DNA from: Eledone cirrhosa
Taxonomy: Eukaryota
Direction of reading: 5' to 3'
Assembly (NCBI GenBank): GCA_964016885.1
Contig: OZ024740.1
Location: forward strand, 143,158,001 to 143,222,000
Length of the DNA: 64,000 bases
Shown: one piece after another, positions 24,925 to 35,559 of the stretch
Layout of the letters: each line of letters starts with the position of its first letter
How positions within the stretch are numbered: position 1 is the stretch's first letter
Made by a program: the position numbers and the translations under genes
Notes under the pieces: model-generated
The model's database searches: none
What the model was told of the DNA's origin: nothing
What the model saw: the letters and a program-made list of their open reading frames with translations, nothing else

Positions 24925-27370
24925 ACCAGAATGGTTACACTTGAATGCAAAGGGGCTATGAATATGGCTTGAAAAATGAAGAAGGGTCAAGTCTCCTAGA
25001 ACTCAGTGATACAAATGACCAGCCTCTTTGCCACACTAACTTCAGAGGACCAGCCAACTACTTGATCACCTATTAATATGGTGAGCCAACCCTTACCTAT
25101 GGATCTTGGGTTAATGACAGAAAGAATATGATTGCGAATACAAGTGGCAGGAAGTATGGAAGCTAGAGAACAACTCTTTTAAATATAAATTTGGAAAAGT
25201 TCTATATGACCATACACTGAGAGAAGGGAAGGAATAGATACATATAACATAGAGGGCAATTAGAAGTTTCTGCAAGACAACCTGCTTCAGGCTACTGATG
25301 ATGTCTATGGTAGGAGCAAGGTACCAGCCAAACAAAAGGTGACCTGGTGATGGAAAAGGACTATAGATAGAGCTATTAACACTGTGGAACAGTCATGGAA
25401 AGACTGAAAAATGGGAGTAGGAAAGAACAATATCAAGTAGCTATAAGAGAAGCTAGATGATAGGCTTAGATAGCACAGAGAGAAGCTGAAAGTAAGAGCT
25501 TTACCAATGTGCTGTGAGGATCAGATATATGAAGTGTTCCACATTGTGAATCAATGTATTTGTGCAAATCAGGATGACTTTGGAGAGAAGCATATTTGTA
25601 ATGACACTGATGCTCAACAGAAAGATGCCTGGAAATGCTACTACGAGAGGTTGGTGAATGAGGAGAAGGAAGATGGACTACCTCCAGTTGACTCTACAGA
25701 TGAACCAGCTATCAAAATTAACAGTTATAGAGTAAAAGAACTAATCAAACAGATGAAAAATTGTAGTGCAGCTGGACCATCAAAGATGGTTTCAGAGAAG
25801 TTGAGAACTTGAATTAGTCACTTGCATAGCCAATCAAGTAATACAGGATGGTGTTAATATCTAATGACTGACATAGCAGCACAATCATTTACTGCTACAA
25901 AGGAAAAACTGATGTTCTAAAATATAACAACACCAGATGCATAAAAAGATGGATCAAGTTATGAACGTGGTAAAAAGAGTGTTGGCACAACTAATTAGGA
26001 AAAAATCAGCAAAAATTAGCAAAATCAGTTTAGTAAGTAGAAAAAGGACAAGACTTTGAATTCATCAGGGATATGGTCATACTTGATATGTAGAAATGGG
26101 GCTGGTAGAAACTTTATATGATGTATAAAATATAAAGTATGAGTACACAAGAGGTGTAGTGGAATTGTAAGTAGACTTACAAAAAAGACAGATATTGCAT
26201 GTGGCCGATGCACCAGAATAGTGTGCGGTAAGAACAGCTGTGAAACCTTTTCCAATCCCAAGAGTGTACAATAGAAGTAGTTGATGGTTTCTGTTTCTTA
26301 TGTAACCAAATTAGTAGTAGAGGAGAATGTTCTGAAAACATAATAACTAGAATAAGAACAGGAGGAAAAATTTTCAGGAAGCTACTACCTCTGTTGACAA
26401 CAAAATGATTTTCTCTCCAAGCAAAGTGAAGATTGTATGATACCTGCATAAAAAAAAGCAATGTAGCATAGCAGTGAAACATGGGCGGTAAATGCAGAGT
26501 CTGGAGAAAATAAAGCAAGTGCTCTCTTTTGGATTTACAATTTTAGTGTGCATGAAAGATGAGGTGCAGATGAACTGAAAGAAAAACTGAATATAAGAGA
26601 AATCAAATATAGTGTGCAACAAAGAAACCTGTGCTGGTATGGACATGTGATGCATATGGATGATGTTCACTGGCAAACAATTACCAGGAGATGCTAGTGG
26701 AATGAAGCTACAGTAGAGAAATACTGAGGGAAATCTGGATAAAGACGATTAGATCCAATCTCAAAACATTGAATCTCACAGAGGAGATGATTAAGGAATG
26801 CAACAAGTAGATGGAGGCTGGGCTAAAAAGGACCTATCTGACCCATGCAAGCGTGGAAAAATCGATGTAAAGGGATGATGATGATAATATATATATATGC
26901 AGATAATACATTAAGCTTGATAAGATGCAGCTCAGCTTTATGCTAGCTAAAGATACTACTGATGCCCTTTTCTTTGTGAGACAACTGCAGAACTACTTAG
27001 CAACAGGCAAACCTCTGTCCTTATCACTTGTTGATCTGGAGAAGGTATCCAAACACAACTCTGCACTCTGTAATCCAATGGGAACTTAGGGAGCTAGGTG
27101 TAAACAAATGACTCATGGGGACTGTGTAAACCAGGTATAGAGGTGCATCCAGCAAGATTAAAAATGGCTGAGTACAGTGACAAATTTGAAGTGCTGATTC
27201 AGTCTTCAGTCCACTTACTATTGTCCTCCAGACTACAACAAAAGAGTTTATGACTGGCTGTCCATGGAATTACTGTATGTTGATGACCCCGTCCTGCAAA
27301 ATTCCAGATATGGAAGTAAAACATACAGAGGCCTGAAAGTAAACTTAACAAAGACTAAATAAGAAACAAA
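24925..27370 (+). mobile_element. Old, heavily decayed and rearranged RTE LINE fragments
   Basis: AWKCYYERLVNEE and AAGPS remnants with many stops. (ATG)n tail near 26880, followed by a further RT fragment. Confidence 0.75.
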
Positions 27371-28484
27371 GTTCCAGCCTTGGATTTTAGGCAACAACAG
27401 TGAAAAGTTACATGGCTGGTTAAATGCTCCAACTCTCTGCACTCTGAGTTCAAATTCTCTTGAGGTCAACTTTGCATTGCTTTTCATCCTTTTGAGTTGT
27501 TATTAGAGTACCAATCCAGAGATGGTGGATTGGCAGAAGTGTTAAAGAGCCAGATGAGATGCTTTGTGATACCTGTTCTGGCTATATGCATTCTGAATTA
27601 AAATTTTGCCACCTGCCACAGAGAAAGCAGTGGTACTACCCTTTCCCAGTAAGGCTGACCTCTTTTGAAAAGTAATTGACCTTAAAGAACAAGTATTTCT
27701 CAAATGTCAATCAAAATATGTTCATGACAATTTGTACTCTGCTGTATGTGGAAATAATGACAGGAAGCAGAATAATCTTGCATCTGTGATTATAAATAGC
27801 TAGAGAACACTATGTATTTAGCAACATTATGTGAAAAACAATGTAACTAATCTACGATGATGGAGTTAAGACTATTGAACATACTGAATAAATGACAAGT
27901 ATGTAACAATTATTCATGATTACATAATATTGTATATGGGACAACTGCATGTAACTGATAAATAAGTAGAGGAGAAATGCAAGACATGGTGAGGAATATT
28001 AATATCCTTGGTTTGGCAAGTCTGTTCTTAATAGTGTGGGCTATAAAACATGACACTAATGAGAATAACATTCTTCTTAGGATTATAATAAGTGCATTTT
28101 AGCAGACTTGTTCTAATAAAAATTCCATTGTGTTAATTAGAGTTAACATTTTACATCAGTTTTTACATACTTGCACAAGCTGGATGAAGCCTGTAGCTTA
28201 TGCCACTTTCATGGATGCTAAGCTGATACTCACTTTCATTTGAGTGAACTGGAGAAATGTAAATTGAAATACCTTGCTGAAGGATACAATGTGTCACTTA
28301 GTCTGGGAATCAAACCCACAATCTTAAATTAGTGAGTCCAATACCTTAATCACTAGGCAACACACCTATTCTGCTAATTAAGTTACCTTATTGACCAATG
28401 CCTTGTGAGTCAAATTAGGGAGACAGAAATTATGAAGTAAACCATTATATATATTTATTTATCTATCTATCTATCTATCTATCT

Positions 28485-28860
28485 TTTTTTCAAATACCAC
28501 TTTGGAAGAAGAATCAGGATGGAGAGAGAGAGGTGCTGTACCCCAGCAAGTTTTATGAAAGGTGGGTGAAAGTGGCGAGAATGGCCCGAGTGAATGGGCC
28601 TTCTCTCTATATCAGCCTGTAGGTTGAGGAAAAGGAGGAGGAGAGGAAAGGAGTACAAGCTCTTCGTACTCCTGGAGATGAGGGTTGCACATTTTTTTCG
28701 GGGGTCTGTGTTACCCATATAAACTGTCTCCCTCTATTGGGGAAAATCGACTAACTTTTAAATTCCATCTGTGATAACATTTTACACGTTTTTATTGTAT
28801 GTAAACTTCCCCCTTTGTATTTGTCCCCTTCTTTTGTGCCCCTGTGGCTAATAAAGAAAT
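28485..28860 (+). mobile_element. 3' end of an L1/Tx1-like retrotransposon inserted in (TATC)n
   Basis: FFKYHFGRRIRMEREVLYPSKFYERWVK resembles a Tx1/L1 ORF2 C-terminus. The 3' UTR ends in AATAAAG, with (TATC)n on both sides. Confidence 0.5.
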
Positions 28861-28916
28861 ATATCTATCTATCCGTCTGTCTATTTATCTATCTACCTCT
28901 CTCTCTCGGTATATAT

Positions 28917-29306
28917 CATCATTTCATCATTTCATTTTACGTCCGCTTTTCCCTGCTTGCAAAGGTGGGACGGGAACTGATTCTGGCTTGATTTCTACAG
29001 CTGGATGCCCTTCCTAACACCAACCTCATTTACAGTGAGTGCTGGGTGCTTTTTTACCGTGGCGCCTACACGTCCACTTTACAGTGTGGGCTGGGTGCTT
29101 TTTTTCCATGGCACCTCCACGACCACTTTACAGTGGAATGATAGGGACCTCAGTCCCTATAATCTCATTTCTACAGCTGAGTAAACTGGAGCAATGTGAA
29201 ATAAAGTGTCTTGCTCAAGGAAACAACACATCACCCGGTCTGAGAATTGAACTCACAACCTTTCAATTGTAAGGCCAATGCTCTAACCACTAAGCCATGT
29301 GCCTTC
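28917..29306 (-). mobile_element. SINE family B, full copy
   Basis: Reverse complement of the 20526 element, with an extra 47-bp unit. Confidence 0.85.
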
Positions 29307-30102
29307 ATATATACATATATATAAATACATACATACATGGAATAGAATGAAACGAAATTTCATTTCTCACTCTTAGTTCGGCACTTACTTAAATGTAAGT
29401 ATGTAAGTTTACAAACAAACAAACCGAGCATTATAATAAATGTTCGGTGAACCGATACGTGCATATATATATGTGTGCATGTGTGTACATATATACATAC
29501 TACTGTACGTCTGTCTACATATATGTATGTACGTATACATACATACATACATACTTATATAAATACATATATATATAAATACATATATATAAATACATAC
29601 ATATATACATACATAAATACATATATATATAAATACATATATATATAAATACATACGTATCATCATCATCATATATGTATATATATATATACTAGCTGGC
29701 CTGTCCGGCTAGCATCCGGCTAGCACCCGGCTACCATTGGTGTCTCCTACGGCATCCAGATATATATATATTGCTGACGTACCTAGCTTCGCTTGGATAA
29801 ACAAACGGTAAGCCATCTGTGTAGTATAGTATTACTGTTGGAAATATATAGTACTAGCAGAATGGCCCGGCGTTGCTCAGGATTTGCTCTAGAGTTCTTA
29901 AATATTTGATATATATTTATCCTTATCGAGCCTCGTGAAATAAATATGTTTGTTTATATTTTGTTATTGTGTATGCAAAAATATCTGTACAGGAATATAT
30001 AATTATATATATATATATATAACGAAGGAAATGTGGTAAGGAACCAGGTGGACCATAACGCACCAAAGTACTCAATACTTAGGGTAGTAGAGTGGGTAAT
30101 AG

Positions 30103-30142
<40 letters not shown>

Positions 30143-30202
30143 GTGAGGTTTTTTTTACAAAATGAAAAATAACCGAGGTGTCCTACACGAGTGAAAGTAT
30201 AA

Positions 30203-30503
30203 AGAAAAAAAGATGAAATCGAAAATGCAACTGGAGTCTTATTTTTAAAAAAATATATATATTTATTTGGTTCCTTTACCGGTTTCGCAGTTCTGCTTTT
30301 CAAAAGTAGAGTTGAGATGGAGGGTCTGTGGTTTTTCTCACATCTGAGAAAAACCACAGATATGAGAAAAACCACAGACCCTCCATCTCAACTCTACTTT
30401 TGAAAAGCAGAAGAACTGCGAAACCGGTAAAGGAACCAAATAAATATATATATTTTTTTAAAAATAAGACTCCAGTTGCATTTTCGATTTCATCTTTTTT
30501 TCT
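30203..30503. repeat. About 300-bp palindrome with a duplicated 16-bp centre and a degenerate hammerhead-like motif in each arm
   Basis: Arms 30203-30340 and 30363-30503. tgagaaaaaccacaga occurs twice at the centre. Motif ttgaaaa-gcag..ctgc-GAAA-CCGG-TA. Confidence 0.9.
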
Positions 30504-30518
30504 ATATATATATATATA

Positions 30519-33500
30519 TCATCATCATCATCATCATCATCAACGTTTAACGTCCGTGTTCCACGCTTGCATGGGTTTGGACGGGGGTAGTCCCACTTGA
30601 GGCAAGAGTGATTGTCTTGCTCGCATAGGACTGTCTGGCAGGTTTTCTACAGTTGGATGCCCTTCCTAACACCAACCACATTTACAGTGTGGGTCTGGGA
30701 GGTTTTTACCGTGTTGCCTACACGGCCACATTACAGCGTGGACTGTGTGTTTTTTTGTCGTGACACCTACACGATCTCGTTTGTTTCGGCCTGGATGGCG
30801 CGGCACCAACATAACTTTACATGGAACGGGGTGGTGTGGATGGGGTGGGGGTGGTGGCGGGACGGGGTGTAGTTTGTTAGAGATGCCTACTGGCAAGGCG
30901 GGTCTTCTCTGTTACTGAGTACCGCCAAAGGTCACGGTCCAGTGACATTGTCTTGGAGAGGTGTAAGTGTGTGAGGTCGGAGTTTATCAGCTCATCCCAT
31001 GTTTTTCTAGATCTGCCTATTCCGTGGCTACCGTCTATCTTTATTGCCCTGCACTTTGTAATACAGCTATCGACTTTCATGCGCATCACGTGTCCATACC
31101 AACGCAGCCTTCTCTCGAGTAAACAACATCTGATCCCTCTTATCTCTAATTTTTTCCTTAGTTCGTTTATGCTTTGCCGTTCACGTATATTACTGTTACA
31201 CATCCAGCGGAGCATGCAAGCTTCGTTCCTCTCTAGTCTGCGTATATCCTCTGCACACAATGCCCAGGTCTCACTACCATGCAACATTGCTGTTCGTATG
31301 CAGGCATCGTACAACCTGCCTTTCATTTTTAGGGAGAACCCTTTAGCAGCTAATAGTGGTATAAGCTCTCTGAACTTTTTCCAACCAGTTCTGACTCTAG
31401 CTACAGTACTTTCAGAGCACCCTCCCCCACTGCTGATTTTATCGCCCAGGTAACGGAAGCTGTCCACTATTTCTATAGAACCCTCTGCGCAATTGAAAGA
31501 GCTAGTATTTTGTGGGCACTTGCTGCTACTTATTGCACCAGAACACCGGCCACATGTAAAGTCTATGTTCTTAGTTAGCTTACCTGTGATCCCACTACAT
31601 CTTTTATGCACCCATACTTTGCATTTAGGACATAAGATGGAGTTTCTACCTACGCCTTTCCTACATACCGAGCACGACCATTTCCCAGAAGGGACCGCCG
31701 CCTTGTTTTCTTTCCTACAAACTAGAACTTTGGTCTTAGCCAGGTTAATTTTAAGTCCTTTTGACTCTAGGCCGTGCTTCCATGTTTGGAATTTCTTCTC
31801 TAGCTCGGCCATTGATTCCGCTATGAGTGTCAGGTCGTCTGCGTATAGGAGTTCCCATGGGCAGCCTGTCTTGAACTCCTCTGTTATAGCCTGAAGGGCA
31901 ATAATAAATAGTAGGGGGCTGAGAACAGAGCCCTGATGGACGCCAACTTTTACACTAAACTCTTCACTATATTCGTTGTTAATTCTAACCTTGCTGACTG
32001 TTTCTTTATACATGGCTTGTATAGCCCTCACAAGCCATTCGTCAACGCCTAGTTTTCTAAGAGCCCACCAGATAATGGAGCGGGGGACTCTGTCGAAGGC
32101 TTTCTCCAGGTCGACAAAAGCTAAGTAGAGGGGTTTACCTTTAGCTAGGTACTTCTCCTGTAGTTGTCGTACTATGAAAAGAGCGTCTGTGGTGCTTTTG
32201 CCTGACACAAACCCGAACTGCATTTCATCTAGATCAATTCTCTCTCTGATTAGTTGCGCTATTACTTTTTCCGTGACCTTCATGACCTGGTCGATTAATT
32301 TAATGCCTCTATAGTTACTCCTATCTAGGGCGTCTCCTTTACCCTTATAACAGTTAACGATGATGCTGCTATGCCAGTCCTTCGGAACAACCCCATTCTG
32401 TACGACTTGGTTAACTATGCGGGTGACCATGGTGTGTCCCACCGTGCCAGATGCCTTCAGCATCTCAGCAACTATTTCCGAAGGCCCAGCCGCCTTACCA
32501 GTCTTCATATCCTTGATTGCCTTACTTATTATACTCCCCTCGACTAACACTGCTGGTCCCTCTATCGGGTCGATATGGGGGAGACTGTCTTTCTCCCATT
32601 TATTCTCCTCATTTAGTAGCCTTTCATAGTGACACTTCCAAGCTACCTTCTTATCAGTGTCGGTGATGGCAAGTATGCCATCATCGTTAAGTACACACTT
32701 CTCCCCGACAATATCACGGTTTTCCTTGACGCATTGCCTGGCAATCCTGAACACCTCACGTTTTTGGTCATCGCGTTGTAGAACATGCTTGAACTTTCTT
32801 TCCTCAGCTTCCCTTCTTGCTAAGTACACTTCTCTCCTAGCTTCCCTCCTGGCCACTTGATAGTCTACTCTACTTCCCCCATCCCGCCATACTTTCCAAG
32901 CCTGCTTTTTGGCCTTAATTGACCCCTCCACCCTATTGTTCCACCACCATGTTACTCTCCTCCTGCCTACAGGCCTGCTCCAGCCACAGACCTCGTCTGT
33001 CGCCAACAGCAGGTTTGCTTTCAGAAATTTCCACTGTCCCTCTATATTGTCCGATTCTAGATGCTCTTCCTTACTGTCGAAAGCATCAAGTAATATGCTT
33101 TGAAATTTATTTCTGGCTGTGGGGTCCTTTAGTTTCCATATTTTCCTCCTGAGGATAGTCCTCTTCTGCTGTCGGGTACGTCTCGTCCTGACTATGAGGT
33201 CGCTAATTATCAGTCTATGTTGGGAGGTGCATTCTTCATGGGGGAGGGATTTAGTGTTTACAACAGACACTCTGTCACGTCTTCTGGTAAGGATATAATC
33301 TACCTGGCTTGTGTGTTCCCCGGATCTATAGGTAATCAGGTGATTGTCACGTTTTTTGAAGTTAGTGTTACAGATAGTTAGGTTATTTGCATCACAGTAT
33401 TCCAGGATTCTGGAGCCTTCCTCATTTCTAGTACCAAACCCATAGCCTCCATGGATTTCGTCGTAGCCGTCACAATGTTGTCCAACGTGACCATTTAGGT

Positions 33501-33695
33501 CGCCTGCAATAATTATATAGTCACTGTCAGATATTTGGGAGGTAGTTAGCAACAGTGTCTCATAGAATCTGTCTTTTATAGTGCCGGGCAGTCCGGATTG
33601 GGGTGCGTACGCAGATATTACTGTCACCGTAGTTCTATTGAGGACAAGTCTTATTTTAATTATTCTGTCGTTCACTCTATTTACGTCTATTATCT
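30519..33695 (-). mobile_element. Young RTE-clade LINE, family A, 5'-truncated inside the AP endonuclease
   Basis: Uninterrupted 932-aa ORF, about 350-bp 3' UTR, (ATG)n tail and (TA)n on both flanks. Confidence 0.95.
30877..33675 (-). CDS. RTE polyprotein: partial AP endonuclease, reverse transcriptase and PHD-type finger
   Basis: SAYAPQ, GDLNGH, QVDY, FVDLEKAFD, QGSVLSPLLF, YADD, CSVC-x10-CPKC-x4-H-x2-C-x14-CGRC and FRYLG. Lacks the endonuclease N-terminus seen at 35602. Confidence 0.9.
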   Translation of the reverse strand: MNDRIIKIRLVLNRTTVTVISAYAPQSGLPGTIKDRFYETLLLTTSQISDSDYIIIAGDLNGHVGQHCDGYDEIHGGYGFGTRNEEGSRILEYCDANNLTICNTNFKKRDNHLITYRSGEHTSQVDYILTRRRDRVSVVNTKSLPHEECTSQHRLIISDLIVRTRRTRQQKRTILRRKIWKLKDPTARNKFQSILLDAFDSKEEHLESDNIEGQWKFLKANLLLATDEVCGWSRPVGRRRVTWWWNNRVEGSIKAKKQAWKVWRDGGSRVDYQVARREARREVYLARREAEERKFKHVLQRDDQKREVFRIARQCVKENRDIVGEKCVLNDDGILAITDTDKKVAWKCHYERLLNEENKWEKDSLPHIDPIEGPAVLVEGSIISKAIKDMKTGKAAGPSEIVAEMLKASGTVGHTMVTRIVNQVVQNGVVPKDWHSSIIVNCYKGKGDALDRSNYRGIKLIDQVMKVTEKVIAQLIRERIDLDEMQFGFVSGKSTTDALFIVRQLQEKYLAKGKPLYLAFVDLEKAFDRVPRSIIWWALRKLGVDEWLVRAIQAMYKETVSKVRINNEYSEEFSVKVGVHQGSVLSPLLFIIALQAITEEFKTGCPWELLYADDLTLIAESMAELEKKFQTWKHGLESKGLKINLAKTKVLVCRKENKAAVPSGKWSCSVCRKGVGRNSILCPKCKVWVHKRCSGITGKLTKNIDFTCGRCSGAISSSKCPQNTSSFNCAEGSIEIVDSFRYLGDKISSGGGCSESTVARVRTGWKKFRELIPLLAAKGFSLKMKGRLYDACIRTAMLHGSETWALCAEDIRRLERNEACMLRWMCNSNIRERQSINELRKKLEIRGIRCCLLERRLRWYGHVMRMKVDSCITKCRAIKIDGSHGIGRSRKTWDELINSDLTHLHLSKTMSLDRDLWRYSVTEKTRLASRHL

Positions 33696-33901
33696 ATATA
33701 TATATATATATATAACAGTACAAAGAAGTACGGAATACCTCGGCCTAGGGATGGTGTCTACATTTTGTGCTTATAAAAAAAATTCGTCGTACATTACCAG
33801 TGTTTTTTTCCGTGCGAAGAAAATCAATACCTAATCGCGAAATAAATACTTTTGTTTATATTTTGTTATTGTGTATGCAAAAATATCTGTACACGAATAT
33901 A

Positions 33902-33947
<46 letters not shown>

Positions 33948-34063
33948 TAACAGATTAAAGTATAAGCAAAGAATCGCTGCTTTCACTCTTAACGGGATCT
34001 TCTGAAACTAAAATAAAAAATCAATCTGTGAACGCAGAAGTAAATATTTTGAAAAACGTTACA

Positions 34064-34105
<42 letters not shown>

Positions 34106-34424
34106 TATATATACATACATACACACACACACACAGCTATGTCATAATGTCGTAATGCAGACAGCCAGACATACAGACAGATATTATAAAGGCGCAACGT
34201 TATATCTATGTATCTATCTAAAAAGAGAAAAACTAAGAGTTATAGAGAGAGGTCGCTAAATCGCCTAATGCATTGAACATTTGAAATTTTCTTTGCTCAG
34301 AACACTCACAGGACCATAAGTATTACATGTGTAAAGTTTGAAAACAATCGGTTGGGTGGTTCTCGAGTTTTAGTGATTGGACAGACAGACAGACAGACAG
34401 ACATTCTCTGTGTTAGATATATAG

Positions 34425-34825
34425 ATAGTATAGTATGATTGTTGAAAACATATAGTATTACTGTTGAAAATATATAGTATAGTATAGTATGACTGTTGAA
34501 AATATATAGTATAGTATTACTGTTGAAAATATATAGTATAGTATTACTGTTGAAAATATATAGTATAGTATTACTGTTGAAAATATATAGTATAGTATTA
34601 CTGTTGAAAATATATAGTATAGTACAGTATTACTGTTGAAAATATATAGTACAGTATTACTGTTGAAAATATATAGTATAGTACAGTATTACTGTTGAAA
34701 ATATATAGTACAGTATTACTGTTGAAAATATATAGTATAGTACAGTATTACTGTTGAAAATATATAGTACAGTATTACTGTTGAAAATATATAGTATAGT
34801 ACAGTATTACTGTTGAAAATATGTA
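34425..34825 (+). repeat. Minisatellite of 27- and 32-bp units forming a 59-bp higher-order repeat
   Basis: Unit tattactgttgaaaatatatagtatag with optional tacag. Successive 60-nt lines shift by one base. Confidence 0.92.
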
Positions 34826-35559
34826 CACGAATATATATATATATACAATTAATTAAAAGTTGGTTAGAAGCGAAGTCAATGCAGACAGGTAGACATACAG
34901 ACAGATATTATAAGTGCGCAACGTTATAGCTATGTATCTATCTAAAAAGACAGAGTAAGAAAGAGAGAAGAATGTCATATTATATATATTATTTATAATA
35001 AAGTACCAGTAATGTACTCCTCACTTTCTTCCTCGGAAAAAGTTACATCTATGGTGCAAATTTGGTGCCGTTTGGTCCAGCCGTTTTGCCAAAAGTTTGT
35101 TACATACATACAGCCGTCAGCTTTATTAATATATATATATATATATATATTATCATCATCCCCATCACCATTTAACGTCTATTTTTAATTCTTGCATTTT
35201 TAATGCTTTGCATGGGGACATAGAAATAATTGGGCTGGATAACTGATCGCGCAGTTAAACCACTGGGAGTAAAGGACCCCTAGCCCTTGTCAGAGCATTC
35301 TTCTAGGAGAAGGCATCTCAGGAAACTGGGTTAACTCCGACATAAAACCTGCGGCTCAGTAGTTACCGATGATGTTGATCTTTTCTTCTTTTCAGGTTAT
35401 AGCTACTGTCACTCAGAGAGTGGGATTGGCTCAGTGCACAGTCTTTCATCACTTTAAAAATATTCTTCACGCACAGGCATTGCACGATTGCATTAATTAA
35501 TAATTATTAATAGTGTTATTATTATTGTTATTATTGTTATGACCATGCTGTAAAATGGA

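Larger units (their letters stand above)
29852..34425 (+). mobile_element. Inner Helentron/HINE-like element, interrupted
   Basis: Starts tactagcagaatggcccggcgttgctcagg and ends aatcggttgggtggttctcgag..(gaca)n..cattct..atatatagat. agaatg/cattct form an inverted motif. Confidence 0.55.
29770..35130 (+). mobile_element. Outer Helentron/HINE-like non-autonomous element, interrupted by nested insertions
   Basis: Subterminal inverted motif gctgacg (29773) / cgtcagc (35115), a 5' hairpin-like segment, an internal minisatellite, (TACA)n and a ctttattaatatat end. Confidence 0.5.

Noticed and set aside
30953-33152. Plus-strand ORFs overlapping RTE copies (also 13184-15042, 56500-57225)
   Set aside because: Antisense shadows of the RTE reading frame. 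They recur only because the element is repeated.
34425-34825. Second CRISPR-like array
   Set aside because: Pure tandem minisatellite with no spacers.
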